NCBI GenBank assembly: GCA_002269645.1
Contig: NIVC01000035.1
Coordinates: 372,001-436,000, forward strand
Length of the DNA stretch: 64,000 bases
Source: Macrostomum lignano
Lineage: Eukaryota
Direction: 5' to 3'
The notes under the pieces were generated by a model that did not search any database, was not told the origin of the DNA, and saw only the letters and a program-made list of their open reading frames with translations. Shown piece by piece: positions 1 through 13,100 of this stretch; positions within the stretch are counted from its first letter, which is position 1, and each line of letters starts with the position of its first letter. The position numbers and the translations under genes are program-made.

Positions 1-100
1 TCCTATTCCAGTTGCATTCCAATCCTATTCCAGTTGCATTCCAATCCTATTCCAGTTGCATTCCAATCCCATTCCAATCCAATTCCAATCCCATTCCTAC
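1..100. repeat. 22-bp intronic tandem repeat (tcctattccagttgcattccaa), degenerating towards the acceptor
   Basis: About 3 direct copies, then ccaatcc-like decay. Confidence 0.75.
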
Positions 101-120
101 CCAATGCAACCCAACTCCAG

Positions 121-723
121 CTCGGCTATAACTGGCGACGCTGGAAACCAGGCGACACGGTGGGCTGCCTGCTGGACTTCACCAGCGGCTCCGCGAAGTT
201 CAGCCTGAACGGCAAATGGTCCGGCGAGACTCACAAAGCATTCCTTCAGCAGCAGCAGCGGCAGCATGCTGAGCCCCAGTCCGACCTGGCCATCTACCCG
301 GCCGCCAGCCTCATGTCCAATCAGCAGTGCCGTTTCAATTTCGGCAGCCGGCCGTTTCGCTATCCGCCGCCCGAAGGCGTGTCGGACACGATGGACAGCG
401 CTGGCCAGCTGCCCGCCGACTCGCTGGCTCGCCGAATCCTGCCCTGGACGGCGGCGGTGCGGCACCGTCGGGAACGTCTGATGCGCCAGGACTTCAGCGG
501 CCTCTGCCACATCTGCGCCGATTTGCCGGCTACGACCCGACTGAAGCCGTGCGGCCACTCTGGACTGTGCGTCCGGTGTCCGGGAATGCTGGCCGAGTGC
601 CCGTTCTGTCGGGCTGGCATTGAGAGCTGCGAATTAGTTGACGGCGACAGCGGCGAGGAGGACACCGAAGCGGAGACCGGATCGGCGATGTGTCGCTGCA
701 AACTCGCCGATCAAGAGGTGTGA
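121..723 (+). CDS. RSPRY1: RING finger and SPRY domain-containing protein 1, terminal coding exon (5' exons lie upstream of the window)
   Basis: Acceptor ctccag at 115-120, phase 0. SPRY C-terminal motifs [37 protein letters not shown] are followed by [34 protein letters not shown]. This matches my recollection of the RSPRY1 C-terminus (..TQLKPCGHSDLC..CPLCR). TGA at 721-723. Confidence 0.9.
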   Translation, partial: LGYNWRRWKPGDTVGCLLDFTSGSAKFSLNGKWSGETHKAFLQQQQRQHAEPQSDLAIYPAASLMSNQQCRFNFGSRPFRYPPPEGVSDTMDSAGQLPADSLARRILPWTAAVRHRRERLMRQDFSGLCHICADLPATTRLKPCGHSGLCVRCPGMLAECPFCRAGIESCELVDGDSGEEDTEAETGSAMCRCKLADQEV

Positions 724-749
724 TGTCTGTGTAATAGACAGCCACTGTT

Positions 750-1193
750 ACAGACACTGAGACAGACACTGACACAGACACTGACACAGACACTGAGACA
801 GACACTAACACAGACACTGAGACAGACACTGAGACAGACACTAACACAGACACTGAGACAGACACTGAGACAGACACTAACACAGACACTGAGACAGACA
901 CTGAGACAGATACTGAGACAGACACTGAGACAGATACTGAGACAGACACTGAGACAGACACTGAGACAGATACTGAGACAGACACTGAGACAGACACTGA
1001 GACAGACACTGAGACAGACACTGAGACAGACAGACAGACATAGACAGACACTAACACAGACACTGAGACAGACACTGAGACAGACACTGAGACAGACACT
1101 AACACAGACACTGAGACAGACACTGAGACAGACACTGAGACAGACATAGACAGACATAGACAGACACTGAGACAGACAGACAGAGACAGACAT
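750..1193. repeat. 12-bp tandem repeat (gacagacactga)n just 3' of the RSPRY1 stop
   Basis: Seen directly. Explains the SV/VCLS ORFs. Confidence 0.95.
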
Positions 1194-1769
1194 AACCCAC
1201 CCTCGTTATTGGTAGTACCAAATTAATTTGTTGGATTTTCTATGTTCCTAAAAAGTGAAGTAGACATGTGCTTAGAATCATTTCATTAAACATTTTCTCT
1301 CTCTAAAGGTAATTAAACCGGATAAAATTTAATTGTTGCTTCAATCAAGCAAGTTAATAGTACTGCAAGTTAAATTTAAATCTATAGCAAATCTACAAAA
1401 CTGTAGCGTCGCTTATTATAAAAAAACTTGCAAACATAATTTCTCAATTGTATATTAAAGATGTTATTTGTTTGGCCTATTTTTGCAGATGTATATGCAT
1501 ATTCTGAGAGAGGTCTTGTTTTTACTTTTTTTGTTGCTGTAAAGACGTTACACCTCTGCAGTGTAGTTGGTATTATTGTCCATTCGCTCTCTTCCATATG
1601 TGACGCTCTGATTGGAATAAAGTTATAGCCTTTTTTTCTGGAGTTTTTCATCGCAGCAAGGGGGTAACAATTGTAACTCAATTGTGACAATGAACTTCAT
1701 ATCCTGTTCGTAGCTGTTCTCTGCTTATTCCTCTATATTGTACTACTACGATTTCTAAAGGTTTCTCCG

Positions 1770-3183
1770 TATCTCCCTCTTCCCTCCTCACCCTCCGTAT
1801 CACCCTCTCCCCTCCTCACCCTCCGTATCACCCTCTCCCCTCCTCACCCTTCGTATCACCCTCTCCTCTCCTAACCCTCCGTATCTCCCTCTCCCCTCCT
1901 CACCCTGCGTATCACCCTCTCCCCTCCTCACCCTTCGTATCACCCTCTCCTCTCCTAACCCTCCGTATCTCCCTCTCCCCTCCTCACCCTCCGTATCTCC
2001 CTCTCCCCTCGTCACCCATCCTTATCACCCTCTCCCCTCCTCACCCTGCGTATCTCCCTCTCCCCTCCTCACCCTTCGTATCACCCTCTCCTCTCCTAAC
2101 CCTCCGTATCTCCCTCTCCCCTCCTCACCCTGCGTATCACCCTCTCCCCTCCTCACCCTCCGTATCACCCTCTCCTCTCCTAACCCTCCGTATCTCCCTC
2201 TCCCCTCCTCACCCTGCGTATCACCCTCTCCCCTCCTCACCCTGCGTATCACCCTCTCCCCTCCTCACCCTCCGTATCACCCTCTCCCCTCCTAACCCTC
2301 CGTATCACCCTCTCCCCTCCTCACCCTCCGTATCACCCTCTCCCCTCCTAACCCTCCGTATCACCCTCTCCCCTCCTCACCCTGCGTATCTCCCTCTCCC
2401 CTCCTCACCCTTCGTATCACCCTCTCCTCTCCTAACCCTCCGTATCACCCTCTCCCCTCCTAACCCTCCGTATCACCCTCTCCCCTCCTAACCCTCCGTA
2501 TCACCCTCTCCCCTCCTAACCCTCCGTATCACCCTCTCCCCTCCTCACCCTGCGTATCTCCCTCTCCCCTCCTCACCCTTCGTATCACCCTCTCCTCTCC
2601 TAACCCTCCGTATCACCCTCTCCCCTCCTCACCCTCCGTATCTCCCTCTCCCCTCCTCACCCTCCGCATCATCCTCTCCCCTCTTCACCCTCCGTATCAA
2701 CCTCTCCCCTCCTCATCCTCCGTATCACCCTCTCCCCTCCTCATCCTCCGTATTACACTCTCCCCTCCTAACCCTCCGTATATCCCTCTCCCCTCCTCAC
2801 CCTCCGTATCTCCCTCTCCCCTCCTCATCCTCCGTATTACACTCTCCCCTCCTAACCCTCCGTATATCCCTCTCCCCTCCTCACCCTCCGTATCTCCCTC
2901 TCCCCTCCTAACCCTCCGTATCACCCTCTCCCCTCCTCACCCTCCGTATCTCCCTCTCCCCTCCTCACCCTCCGCATCATCCTCTCCCCTCTTCACCCTC
3001 CGTATCAACCTCTCCCCTACTCTCCCTTCGTATCTTCCTCTCCCCTCCTCACCCTCCGTATCACCCTCTCCCCTCCTCATCCTCCGTATTACACTCTCCC
3101 CTCCTAACCCTCCGTATCACCCTCTCCCCTCCCAACCCTCCGTATCTCCCTCTCCCCTCCTCACCCTGCGTATCACCCTCTCC
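1770..3183. repeat. 28-bp pyrimidine-rich minisatellite (ccctccgtatcaccctctcccctcctca)
   Basis: cgtatc recurs at 2301 and 2329 (28-bp period). About 50 units with variants. Confidence 0.95.
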
Positions 3184-3539
3184 TGATACTATATTTTGAG
3201 TATCACTAACAGATTTCAGTATCTCAGTTATGCTATTAAATCAGGCAGAAAAATTAATGCACTTAAATTGCTGCTTCAGTCGGTGTTTAAATTGTTATAA
3301 ATATGCTAATTGTTCTCGTCTCTGTTGCCATGCGAAAGTCTCCGCCTAAATTTATTAAAAATATAAATTTAAAGCACTATCTTTATAGCGCACTTAGGAT
3401 ACACCGCGCAAAATGTCTTCTGAATGATCGTTTTAATCGTCTCGCTTGCCTTGCTGGTCTGAATGGATTCCTTTTTTTAATCCCATGATACTAATTACTA
3501 ATATCCTTTCTAATCCCTCAATTCCAAAATCCATAGTTC

Positions 3540-3926
3540 TGATCCCATAATCCTGGTTTCTGATTCCATAATTCTAAGATCCCCCAATTATGATCCCATA
3601 ATCCCCAGCTCCCCGTTTCTGATCCCATAATCCCAAGCTCCCCGTTTCTGATCCCATAATCCCAAGCTCCCCGTTTCTGATCCCATAATCCCCAGCTCCC
3701 CGTTTCTGATCCCATAATCCCCAGCTCCCCGTTTCTGATCCCATAATCCCCAGCTCCCCAATTCTGATCCTATAATCCCAAGCTCCCCAATTCTGATTCC
3801 ATTATCCCAAAATCCTCGATTTTGATCCCATAATCCCAAGCTCCTCGTTTCTGATCCCATAATCCCAACCTCCCCGTTTCTGATCCCATAATCCCAAGCT
3901 CCCCGTTTCTGATCCCATAATCCCAA
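3540..3926. repeat. 29-bp minisatellite (gatcccataatccccagctccccgtttct)
   Basis: Period 29 seen directly. About 13 units. Confidence 0.93.
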
Positions 3927-4017
3927 ACGAATTTTATATTTTCGTCTCTGGTTTTTGTTTTATTGATGATTAGCAGATACACCTGTAGAGTGAAAAAATA
4001 GTTTTCGAGATTCAGAA

Positions 4018-5471
4018 TCACTCATTGCAGATTTGACTCAGCTGGTCAAAGTCTTCAAGACTGAGCAGCTTAGCACTCAGTCCAAAGCAGGCCATCTCTC
4101 CATTCAGGCACTGGGCATCAACTGCGCCATAGCCCAACCTGAGGCACTGAAACACGGCCGTTGAGATATTAGCAGAGACTGTGTTAATTGTTGCTACGGG
4201 CGCCAAAGTTCCATTGTGATAGACGCTCTGGTGAACAGTCTGGTTGAAGGTGATGCCGGCTGATAGTCCACGCGGCAGGCCATCGCTGGGCAGGAAGCTG
4301 GCAGACAAACCGAATGTGCCCTCGCCGTAGCCGCTGCTGGCCACCCAGCTGAATCCGTACACCAGGCCTGTTGACTTGATGAATGAGCTGCCCGGATTGG
4401 TGCCGTTGCACTCTTGGAACCGGCTGTAGTACCGGGTTCTACCAGGATTTCCAGGTGGAGGCGTACGGGGACTCCGATTAGGCTGCTGCATTTGTGACTG
4501 CAAACTGGATTGCATAAAATCTGCTCACTCACCCGTGTCCATGCCGTGATATATTTTGGTGAACACTGAATACTCCGTGCCAACCTGAAGGAACTTCTCA
4601 AATCCAGGTGTGTTAGTGCTCAGGTAGGAGCCCGTGTTACCCTTGAAGTGAGCACCTGCTGCATCAACTGTCACATCGTGAGCCTTGAGACAGGACAGTC
4701 TCGGGTTGACCTCATTCTTCAGACCGCTCCGAGAGAACTTGTAGAACAGCTTCAGCTTGAGCGGTTTGACCAGGGGCTCAGTAGACTCTGCAGTGAATTA
4801 AAAAACAATTGATTACAATGGGCAGATGTACAAACGACAGCTCAGCCGCAGCTATTGCGCAGCGCATCTGAAGACTGTGTACGGCTGTTCAGTCCAAGGA
4901 CTGGGGGAAGGTCGCCACACACACCCTCAATTACCCCAGCTAATGCAGGCACCCATTTTACAGCTGGGTGAACTGAAGCAATGCAGAGTTAAGTGTCTTG
5001 CTCAAGAACACAAGTTGTTCTAGTGGGATCGGGAATTATAGTAAATTTTCCTACAAACTAAATGATAGACTAAGAACGAAGTGGTCCTTGTATAGAATTG
5101 TCAAGACAGCAGCCGCTGAGCCGCTCACCGCAGTCTCCGCACAGCACATCGGTGTACTTGTAAGAGTCGCAGTCGCCGTCAGTCCATTGCTCGAGTTGGG
5201 AACACGCGTCTCCATGGTAACACAGGCGGGTGGCGATGTCGAAGTGGAATGCGTTGCAGGTGGGCAGTCGGGAGCAGGCGGCGGCGCACTGCAGCTTGCT
5301 GGCCAGGCGGTGCGGCAGCGGAGAGGCGGCCGCGGTGGGGCAGCGTCGGGTCTTTGTCGCGGCGAATTTCGGCAGCACCTTGGTTTCAGCTTCCCAGTCA
5401 GTGTTGCAAGCCAAGATGTTCAACAGTGTGGCAAGAATCCACCATCTTAATATAAGTGTCGCTAGTTTCAT
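4018..5471 (-). CDS. Secreted protein: signal peptide + PAN/apple-like domain + LamG/concanavalin-A-like domain (~335 aa)
   Basis: Exon 1 is 5471-5129 (MKLATLILRWWILATLLNILA signal; CAAACSRLPTCNAFHF..C apple-type Cys pattern; donor gtgagc, phase 1). Exon 2 is 4787-~4529 (ttcactgcag acceptor; YSVFTKIYH). Exon 3 is ~4423-4018 (GITFNQTVHQSVYHNGTL, LamG-like). The exon 2/3 junction is ambiguous (alternative 4533/4412). Confidence 0.65.
4916..5035 (-). mobile_element. 5'-truncated copy of a tRNA-derived SINE in intron 1 of the PAN-LamG gene
   Basis: About 120 bp nearly identical to 56139-56255 (cacacaccctcaattaccccagctaatgc..cccattttacagctgggtgaactgaagcaatgca..gttaagtgtctt). Lacks the A/B-box head. 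Confidence 0.8.
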
Positions 5472-7674
5472 ATGTTCTGTGTCGAATCTGAAGTCTTGGC
5501 TTTGAATGGAGCTTTAGACCGCTGAAGATGCAGGCTTCAATCAATTCGAAAGATGAAATTTATATATCAACTTGGAACACAATGCAGAGTATTTAATTTA
5601 ATTATATTGGCGGCAGTGTGTTGTTGGCTTTTGAAAGCTTAACTTGAAAGCTTTTGGCAGGTGACAACTTCAATTGTCTTTAATTTATTTGACATGACTG
5701 AAAAAGGTAACAATGCTGCCTTTCATCTGTCAAGTGCCACACGTCATAACTAATTAAGGTTTTGGGTTCTTGCTTTTATATCGCAAAAACGTATCGTGCC
5801 TCTTCCGTCGAAAAGCTGTCATTTTTCGGAATGGAAAACAATTAATTTCTATAAATTAAAAATCAAGAACGACGCTATGCAGTACTTAGTAGCCTATATA
5901 TAAAACATGCATTAGTCTTTTTTACTGTCACGACTTCGGATTCTGTAAAACTAAAGGCAAAAGATCGCTGTACGTAATAAAAGAAAGTGCAGTAGCGTGA
6001 TCATAACTAAACAGTCCCAGTTTATTATAAATTAATTATACATGTACATCTGAGCTCGCAATCTATTTTCACATGTACATGTATAGCAGAACTACAGGTT
6101 GTTGGAGGTTGGCTCTCACGAGTTCCAAATGGATGTCGACAATTCCCAAAAGTCTCAAATTAGCGATGGTCGCTCACGATCATCGAACTGAGGTACATGT
6201 ACATTGTATACATGTACATGCACATGCAGGTACTTTAGAGCCAGGCTCGGACGCGTTCCCACCCTATAGCGTCCGACTAATTACATGTAATACAAAACCA
6301 AACTCTCGTTGATTGTCGTGCATTCTTTGCTTAGAATAAACAATTAGATTCATCAGTACGCAGTAGTGTTTGAAGTGCCATTTCTGGTAGTAGATTATTT
6401 AGTAATTAGGCTCAAGCTAATTAATTAGTTTTCAACTGTCAGCAACAACCCCGAGGTTTTATGATAACATATTGATTTGTGATTTTGATAAGCATTCAGG
6501 CTTGGTCGCAGAGCTTCTGCAGCTATTGAAACTCGCTCAGGCTAAAGGGCTTTCGCGCTGAATCCATAGCATACATGTAGCATGTCGCCTTCCAGACATG
6601 AGCCAGCATTGGAATTGAATGCGCGAGATTTAAGCATCCGAAAAGGACCGTAGTGTAAGAATACATTTTTGGACTCAGATCTACAAAGTCTACAGAGTCC
6701 AAGGGTGCCGTACCGTCAGGCGTAAACTGGCTGATTGGATGGCGAATGCGACTCAAGACGGTAAGGTGAAGCTGGTGAATCACCGTTCATCTACGAGGTT
6801 TCTATATTGACTGTCGCAGATCGCTCCTACCAACACCGAAGGAACACGTTTAATCGCATGTAATCCCAATTTTACCAACGGATTTCCTTCTAAGACAGCT
6901 GTCAGATTCTCAAAAAAAACAATGCAATTATGCAGACAAACGGAGCTTAAAGGCTGTCACAATGTCTCAATACAGCAGTCTACATAGGAAGTTGATCAAT
7001 GAAGGAAGCCAGATGTCCTCCCGAGCTACCAACCAATTCAAAGTATGACTCTTTAGCACCCGTTATTGACAACAGCACAATGAGCCATGAGCAACATTTT
7101 AATGTCTCAGAGACAGCACCTTCTCGATACATATCGTGCAACGTATTTTATTCAATATCTATCGTCACTTTGAAATAAATTAAAGCAAAATTTAATGCAC
7201 AATTAATTTAATAATTTCAAATTGAAAACACAAAATTATATTGTAATAAAAGAAACTCTTATTTATTAAAAACAACAACAGCCTACTATCAGTAGGAAGC
7301 AAAATAAATTAGTATCGCTTGATAAAACGTTTGCGAATGCAAAAATCTATTCTCAGATTAATAGAGTTTGTTGACTCAAAACCGTTAAAATAGTTTGTAA
7401 GTAAAAACAACAGAGTAAAAAAACTACGAGTATGCTAAGGGGGCCTACGAGAAAAAAGTTTGTTAAAACGGAGCAAATATCATGGCTTAGAAAATTTGAA
7501 ATGTGCTGCAGTGGCGAGAAAGCAGATCACTGCAAACACTTAGAAAAAATATCAAGTTTCTTTGGAATTCACTGCTAACAGTAAGTGAAAATCAACGACA
7601 CAATTTTAATTAGGAATGCGCCTTGATGATCTATCGCTGCTTGCTGTTGGTGTAGTTGGGAATCTAAAGGCTGG

Positions 7675-9275
7675 CCCAGCAATTGAGCATCTGGGAGGCT
7701 GGTGGCCCAGCAACTGAGGATTTGGGAGGCTGGTGGCCCAGCAACTGAGGATCTGGAGGCTGGCCCAGCAACTGAGGATCTGGGAGGCTGGTGACCCAGC
7801 AACTGAGGATCTGGGAGGCTGGTGACCCAGCAACTGAGGATCTGGGAGGCTGGCCCAGCAACTGAGGATTTGGGAGGCTGGTGGCCCAGCAACTGAGGAT
7901 TTGGGAGGCTGGCCCAGCAACTGAGGATTTGGGAGGCTGGTGGCCCAGCAACTGAGGATTTGGGAGGCTGGTGGCCCAGCAACTGAGGATCTGGGAGGCT
8001 GGTGGCCCAGCAACTGAGGATCTGGGAGGCTGGCCCAGCAACTGAGGATCTGGGAGGCTGGTGACCCAGCAACTGAGGATCTGGGAGGCTGGCCCAGCAA
8101 CTGAGGATTTGGGAGGCTGGCCCAGCAACTGAGGATTTGGGAGGCTGGTGGCCCAGCAACTGAGGATCTGGGAGGCTGGTGGCCCAGCAACTGAGGATCT
8201 GGGAGGCTGGTGGCCCAGCAACTGAGGATCTGGGAGGCTGGTGGCCCAGCAACTGAGGATCTGGGAGGCTGGTGGCCCAGCAACTGAGGATCTGGGAGGC
8301 TGGTGGCCCAGCAACTGAGGATCTGGGAGGCTGGCCCAGCAACTGAGGATCTGGGAGGCTGGTGACCCAGCAACTGAGGATTTGGGAGGCTGGCCCAGCA
8401 ACTGAGGATTTGGGAGGCTGGTGGCCCAGCAACTGAGGATCTGGGAGGCTGGTGGCCCAGCAACTGAGGATCTGGGAGGCTGGCCCAGCAACTGAGGATC
8501 TGGGAGGCTGGCCCAGCAACTGAGGATCTGGGAGGCTGGTGACCCAGCAACTGAGGATCTGGGAGGCTGGTGACCCAGCAACTGAGGATCTGGGAGGCTG
8601 GCCCAGCAACTGAGGATCTGGGAGGCTGGTGACCCAGCAACTGAGGATCTGGGAGGCTGACCCAGCAGCTGAGGATCTGGGAGGCTGGTGACCCAGCAAC
8701 TGAGGATCTGGGAGGCTGGTGACCCAGCAACTGAGGATCTGGGAGGCTGGTGACCCAGCAACTGAGGATCTGGGAGGCTGGTGACCCAGCAACTGAGGAT
8801 CTGGGAGGCTGGTGACCCAGCAACTGAGGATCTGGGAGGCTGGCCCAGCAACTGAGGATCTGGGAGGCTGGTGGCCCAGCAACTGAGGATCTGGGAGGCT
8901 GGCCCAGCAACTGAGGATCTGGGAGGCTGGTGACCCAGCAACTGAGGATCTGGGAGGCTGGTGACCCAGCAACTGAGGATCTGGGAGGCTGGTGACCCAG
9001 CAACTGAGGATCTGGGAGGCTGGTCCAGCAACTGAGGATCTGGGAGGCTGGTGGCCCAGCAACTGAGGATCTGGGAGGCTGGCCCAGCAACTGAGGATCT
9101 GGGAGGCTGGTGACCCAGCAACTGAGGATCTGGGAGGCTGGTGACCCAGCAACTGAGGATCTGGGAGGCTGGCCCAGCAACTGAGGATCTGGGAGGCTGG
9201 TGACCCAGCAACTGAGGATCTGGGAGGCTGGCCCAGCAACTGAGGATCTGGGAGGCTGGTGACCCAGCAACTGAG
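7675..9275. repeat. 28/31-bp minisatellite (tctgggaggctggt[g/-]gcccagcaactgagga)
   Basis: Period 31, with a 28-bp variant lacking tgg. About 53 units. All three minus frames are open, giving artefact ORFs. Confidence 0.97.
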
Positions 9276-9799
9276 ACCCCCACAGAATGAATACCAAGCA
9301 AAGGCTTAACAATTAAACCAATATTATCGTCAGTATCAAATTTCCATACTACACAAAAACTATATAATGGCGCTGGACAACAGACAACGAAAATTATTAC
9401 TAAATAATGATTTCAACAGACAAATCCATTTAATGAATCATTTTTGATAAACAGGGATATTCAAGATCAACAGGGCTCCAAATATATAGGCAGACAGAAA
9501 CGAAAATAAGAAAAAAAGAGGAAAAATGATTTTAGATACCGCTAGGCATGATGGCTTGAGTAAAACAAAAATAATATAAACTGTTCATTGTATCCATGTC
9601 AACAAAAAACGCAATCAAGAGAGTGACCAGTGCCAGCAATATGTATGGCGACTGGAAATGCTTTCTTTGTTGAAAAAAAGTATAAGCAATCACACAAGCT
9701 GGATTTGGTTTTAGATGCGATTTTAGTACATTTATCTTTTCCGACAGCTCTACTAACAGTAGTGATTCAGACGGTGAGAAAATCTATTTTTTTTAAGAA

Positions 9800-10010
9800 T
9801 TTAAAGGCCACGACCCTGAGAAATCTGAGGTCACGAACATAAGAAATCTGAGTTTACGACCCTAAGAAATCTAAGGTCACGAGCCTAAGAAATCTCTGAG
9901 TTCACGACCCTAATAATCTGAGGTCATTGCCCGAAGAAAGCTGAGGTCACAACCTCAAAGAGCTGCGGTAACGACCGTAAAATCCAAGGTCATTACCGAA
10001 AATCTGGGGT
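9800..10010. repeat. Degenerate ~23-bp tandem repeat (gaaatctgaggtcacgaccctaa) 3' of TTC39
   Basis: About 8 imperfect copies. Confidence 0.65.
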
Positions 10011-10179
10011 CACGGCCTTAAAAACATAAAGAATTAGAGCATAAATAAGAATTAACATCTGAGATGGCGATCTCAAAAATCGGTAAAAAGAGACAATCTG
10101 ACAAATCCGAGATGCATGATCCTCAAGTTAAAATGCCCCGGCCGTAAAAAAATCAATTCGATCGTGGTTACTCTGAGGC

Positions 10180-13100
10180 TTAAAAACACAAACAGCTACT
10201 TAGCGGTCGAGGGGTCTCAGCCATAGACAGCGCCAGGGCGTGCGCCCGGAAGTGAATTCGAGATTCCAAGCTGATCCCGCGGCAAGACAGACAGGCATCA
10301 ATGCAGGCGGAGGCCTCCGGCCGGCGACCCTCGTCCAGGCGCAGGTGGGCCAGCTCCAGCCAGGCCCAGGCGATCACGTGACGATCTTGCCGGATACGGC
10401 GGGCAAGGCGATCGTCGACGATTTCCTGATGGATGGTTGGGCAATTAACAAGGTGACCAGCGGGTTAACTGGCTGTTTCTCTTTACCTGCTAACATGCAG
10501 GACAAGTCATTCATATCATTATCCACACCTGTCAATTATAACCTAGCTCGTAAACCTGTCATTTTTCTACAAGCCAATCCTGTAATAACCAACCGTACAG
10601 CCTGTCAATCATAACCCTAACCCTACACCTGTCAATCATAACCCTAGCCCTACACCTGTCAATCATAACCCTAACCCTACACCTGTCAGTCATAACCCTA
10701 ACCCTACACCTGTCACTCATAACCCTAACCCTACCTGTCAGTCATAACCCTAACCCTACACCTGTCAATCATAACCCTAACCCTACACCTGTCAATCATT
10801 AACCCTAACCCTACACCTCTCAATCTTAACCCTAACCCTACACCTGTCAATCATAACCCCAACCCTACACCTGTCAATCATAACCCTAACCCTACATCTG
10901 TCAATCATAACCCTAACCCTACACCTGTCAATCATAACCCTAACCCTACACTGTCAATCATAACCCTAACCCTACACTGTCAATCATAACCCTAACCCTA
11001 CACCTGTCAATCATAACCCTAACCCTACACCTGTCAATCATAACCCTAACCCTACACCTGTCAATCATAACCCTAACCCTACACCTGTCAATCATAACCC
11101 TAACCCTACACCTGTCAATCATAACCCTAACCCTACACCTGTCAATCATAACCCTAACCCTACATCTGTCAATCATAACCCTAACCCTACACCTGTCAAT
11201 CATAACCCTAACCCTACACTTGTCAGTCATAACCCTAACCCTACACCTGTCAGTCATAACCCTACACCTGTCAGTCATAACCCTAACCCTACACTGTCAA
11301 TCATAACCCTAACCCTACACCTGTCAATCATAACCCTAACCCTACATCTGTCAATCATAACCCTAACCCTACACCTGTCAATCATACCCTACACAGAGTC
11401 AACCATAATCATAACTTTAAAATTACTCGCACTTGTCAATCAATCACACTCAACATAAATTGAAGCTGTACAACCTACACACCTGAAAGCACTTGTCGGC
11501 AGCCTCAGTCTGATTCAACTGTTTCAAACAGGCGCCTCGAAGCAGCAGAATCAGAGCGCGTCATCGTCAGGATAGGGCCAGCTGCCACCAGCCTGCGCAG
11601 AGTCGCCCTGACCTGAGGTGACCCGGCCTCTGTCCAGCTGGTCGGAGGCCAAATCAACGGCCGCTAAAAACGAACGAACCACGTCAGGGCCTTCGCAACC
11701 AACTAAAGGGAAGCCGTTCCACACGTAGACCACCTCCAGGCCCGGCAGGGTGAGCCGGCCGCCCTGTTCGGCGAATCGGCGAGCCCGGCGCATGGCGAAC
11801 TTTTCTATTGGCAAACTCTTGCCAGCGATGCGCTTGTATAGGCGGGGCACCTGAGCGGTGGTGGGGGTGAGTGACTGGTGTCAGTTGCGATTGACAGGCA
11901 ATGAGTATTGATGACAATGTATAATGAATGACAGTTTTAGGATTATGATTGGCAGGTGTAGCGAGTGACTGGAATATTTGATTATGATTGACAGGCGTGG
12001 GGAATGGCATGCTGAAGATTATAATGATTGACAGGTGTGGGAATGACATGCTGAAGATTATAATGATTGACAGGTGTGGGGAATGGCATGTATACAGTAG
12101 ATCCTTTTGATTGACAGGTGTGGGGAATGGCATGTATACAGTAGATCCTTTTGATTGACAGGTGTGGAGAATGGCATGTATACAGTAGTATCCTTTTGAT
12201 TGACAGGTGTGGGGAATGGCATGTATACAGTAGATCCTTTTGATTGACAGGTGTGGAGAATGGCATGTATACAGTAGTATCCTTTTGATTGACAGGTGTG
12301 GGGAATGGCATGCTGAAGATTATAATGATTGACAGGTGTGGGGAATGGCATGTATACAGTAGATCCTTTTGATTGACAGGTGTGGAGAATGGCATGTATA
12401 CAGTAGTATCCTTTTGATTGACAGGTGTGGGGAATGGCATGCTGAAGATTATAATGATTGACAGGTGTGGGGAATGACATGCTGAGGATCCTATTGATTG
12501 ACAGGTGTGGAGAATGGCATGCAGAGGATCATAATGATTGACAGATGTGGGGAATGGCATGCTGAGGATCCTATTGATTGACAGGTGTGGGGAATGGCAT
12601 GCTGAGGATCCTATTGATTGACAGGTGTGGGGAATGGCATGCTGAGGATCCTATTGATTGACAGGTGTGGGGAATGGCATGCTGAGAATCATAATGATTG
12701 ACAGGTGTGGGGAATGACATGCAGAGGGTCCTATTGATTGACAGGTGTGGGGAATGGCATGCTGAGGATCCTATTGATTGACAGGTGTGGGGAATGGCAT
12801 GTTTAGGATTCTATTGACTGACAGGTGTGGAGAAAAGTATGCTCAGGGTTTAGGTTATGACAGACACGTGCTAGGAATGAAAAGCTCACACCTTGTCCAT
12901 CAAACCGGCAACGTGGTCTTCATCGCCAGTCGCAGCCTTGGCGCCCTCATCTCCTGTCCCGGCGACATTCTGGTATTGGTAAAGAAATGCCGCCTTCTGA
13001 TAAACCAGCGTGGCCTTACTCCATCGGGACTCTTTGGCTAGTATCTCGGCGTATTTCATAGCCAATAGCCAATCGGCTTTGTAAGCTTGAGTCCACATTA

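Noticed and set aside
6030-6300. Clustered TACATGTA palindromes (also ~25780-25800)
   Set aside because: A common low-complexity motif in invertebrate non-coding DNA, with no further structure here.
7575-9312. Three 545-568 aa minus-strand ORFs
   Set aside because: They are translations of a 28/31-bp array that lacks stops on that strand. All three frames give the same peptides.
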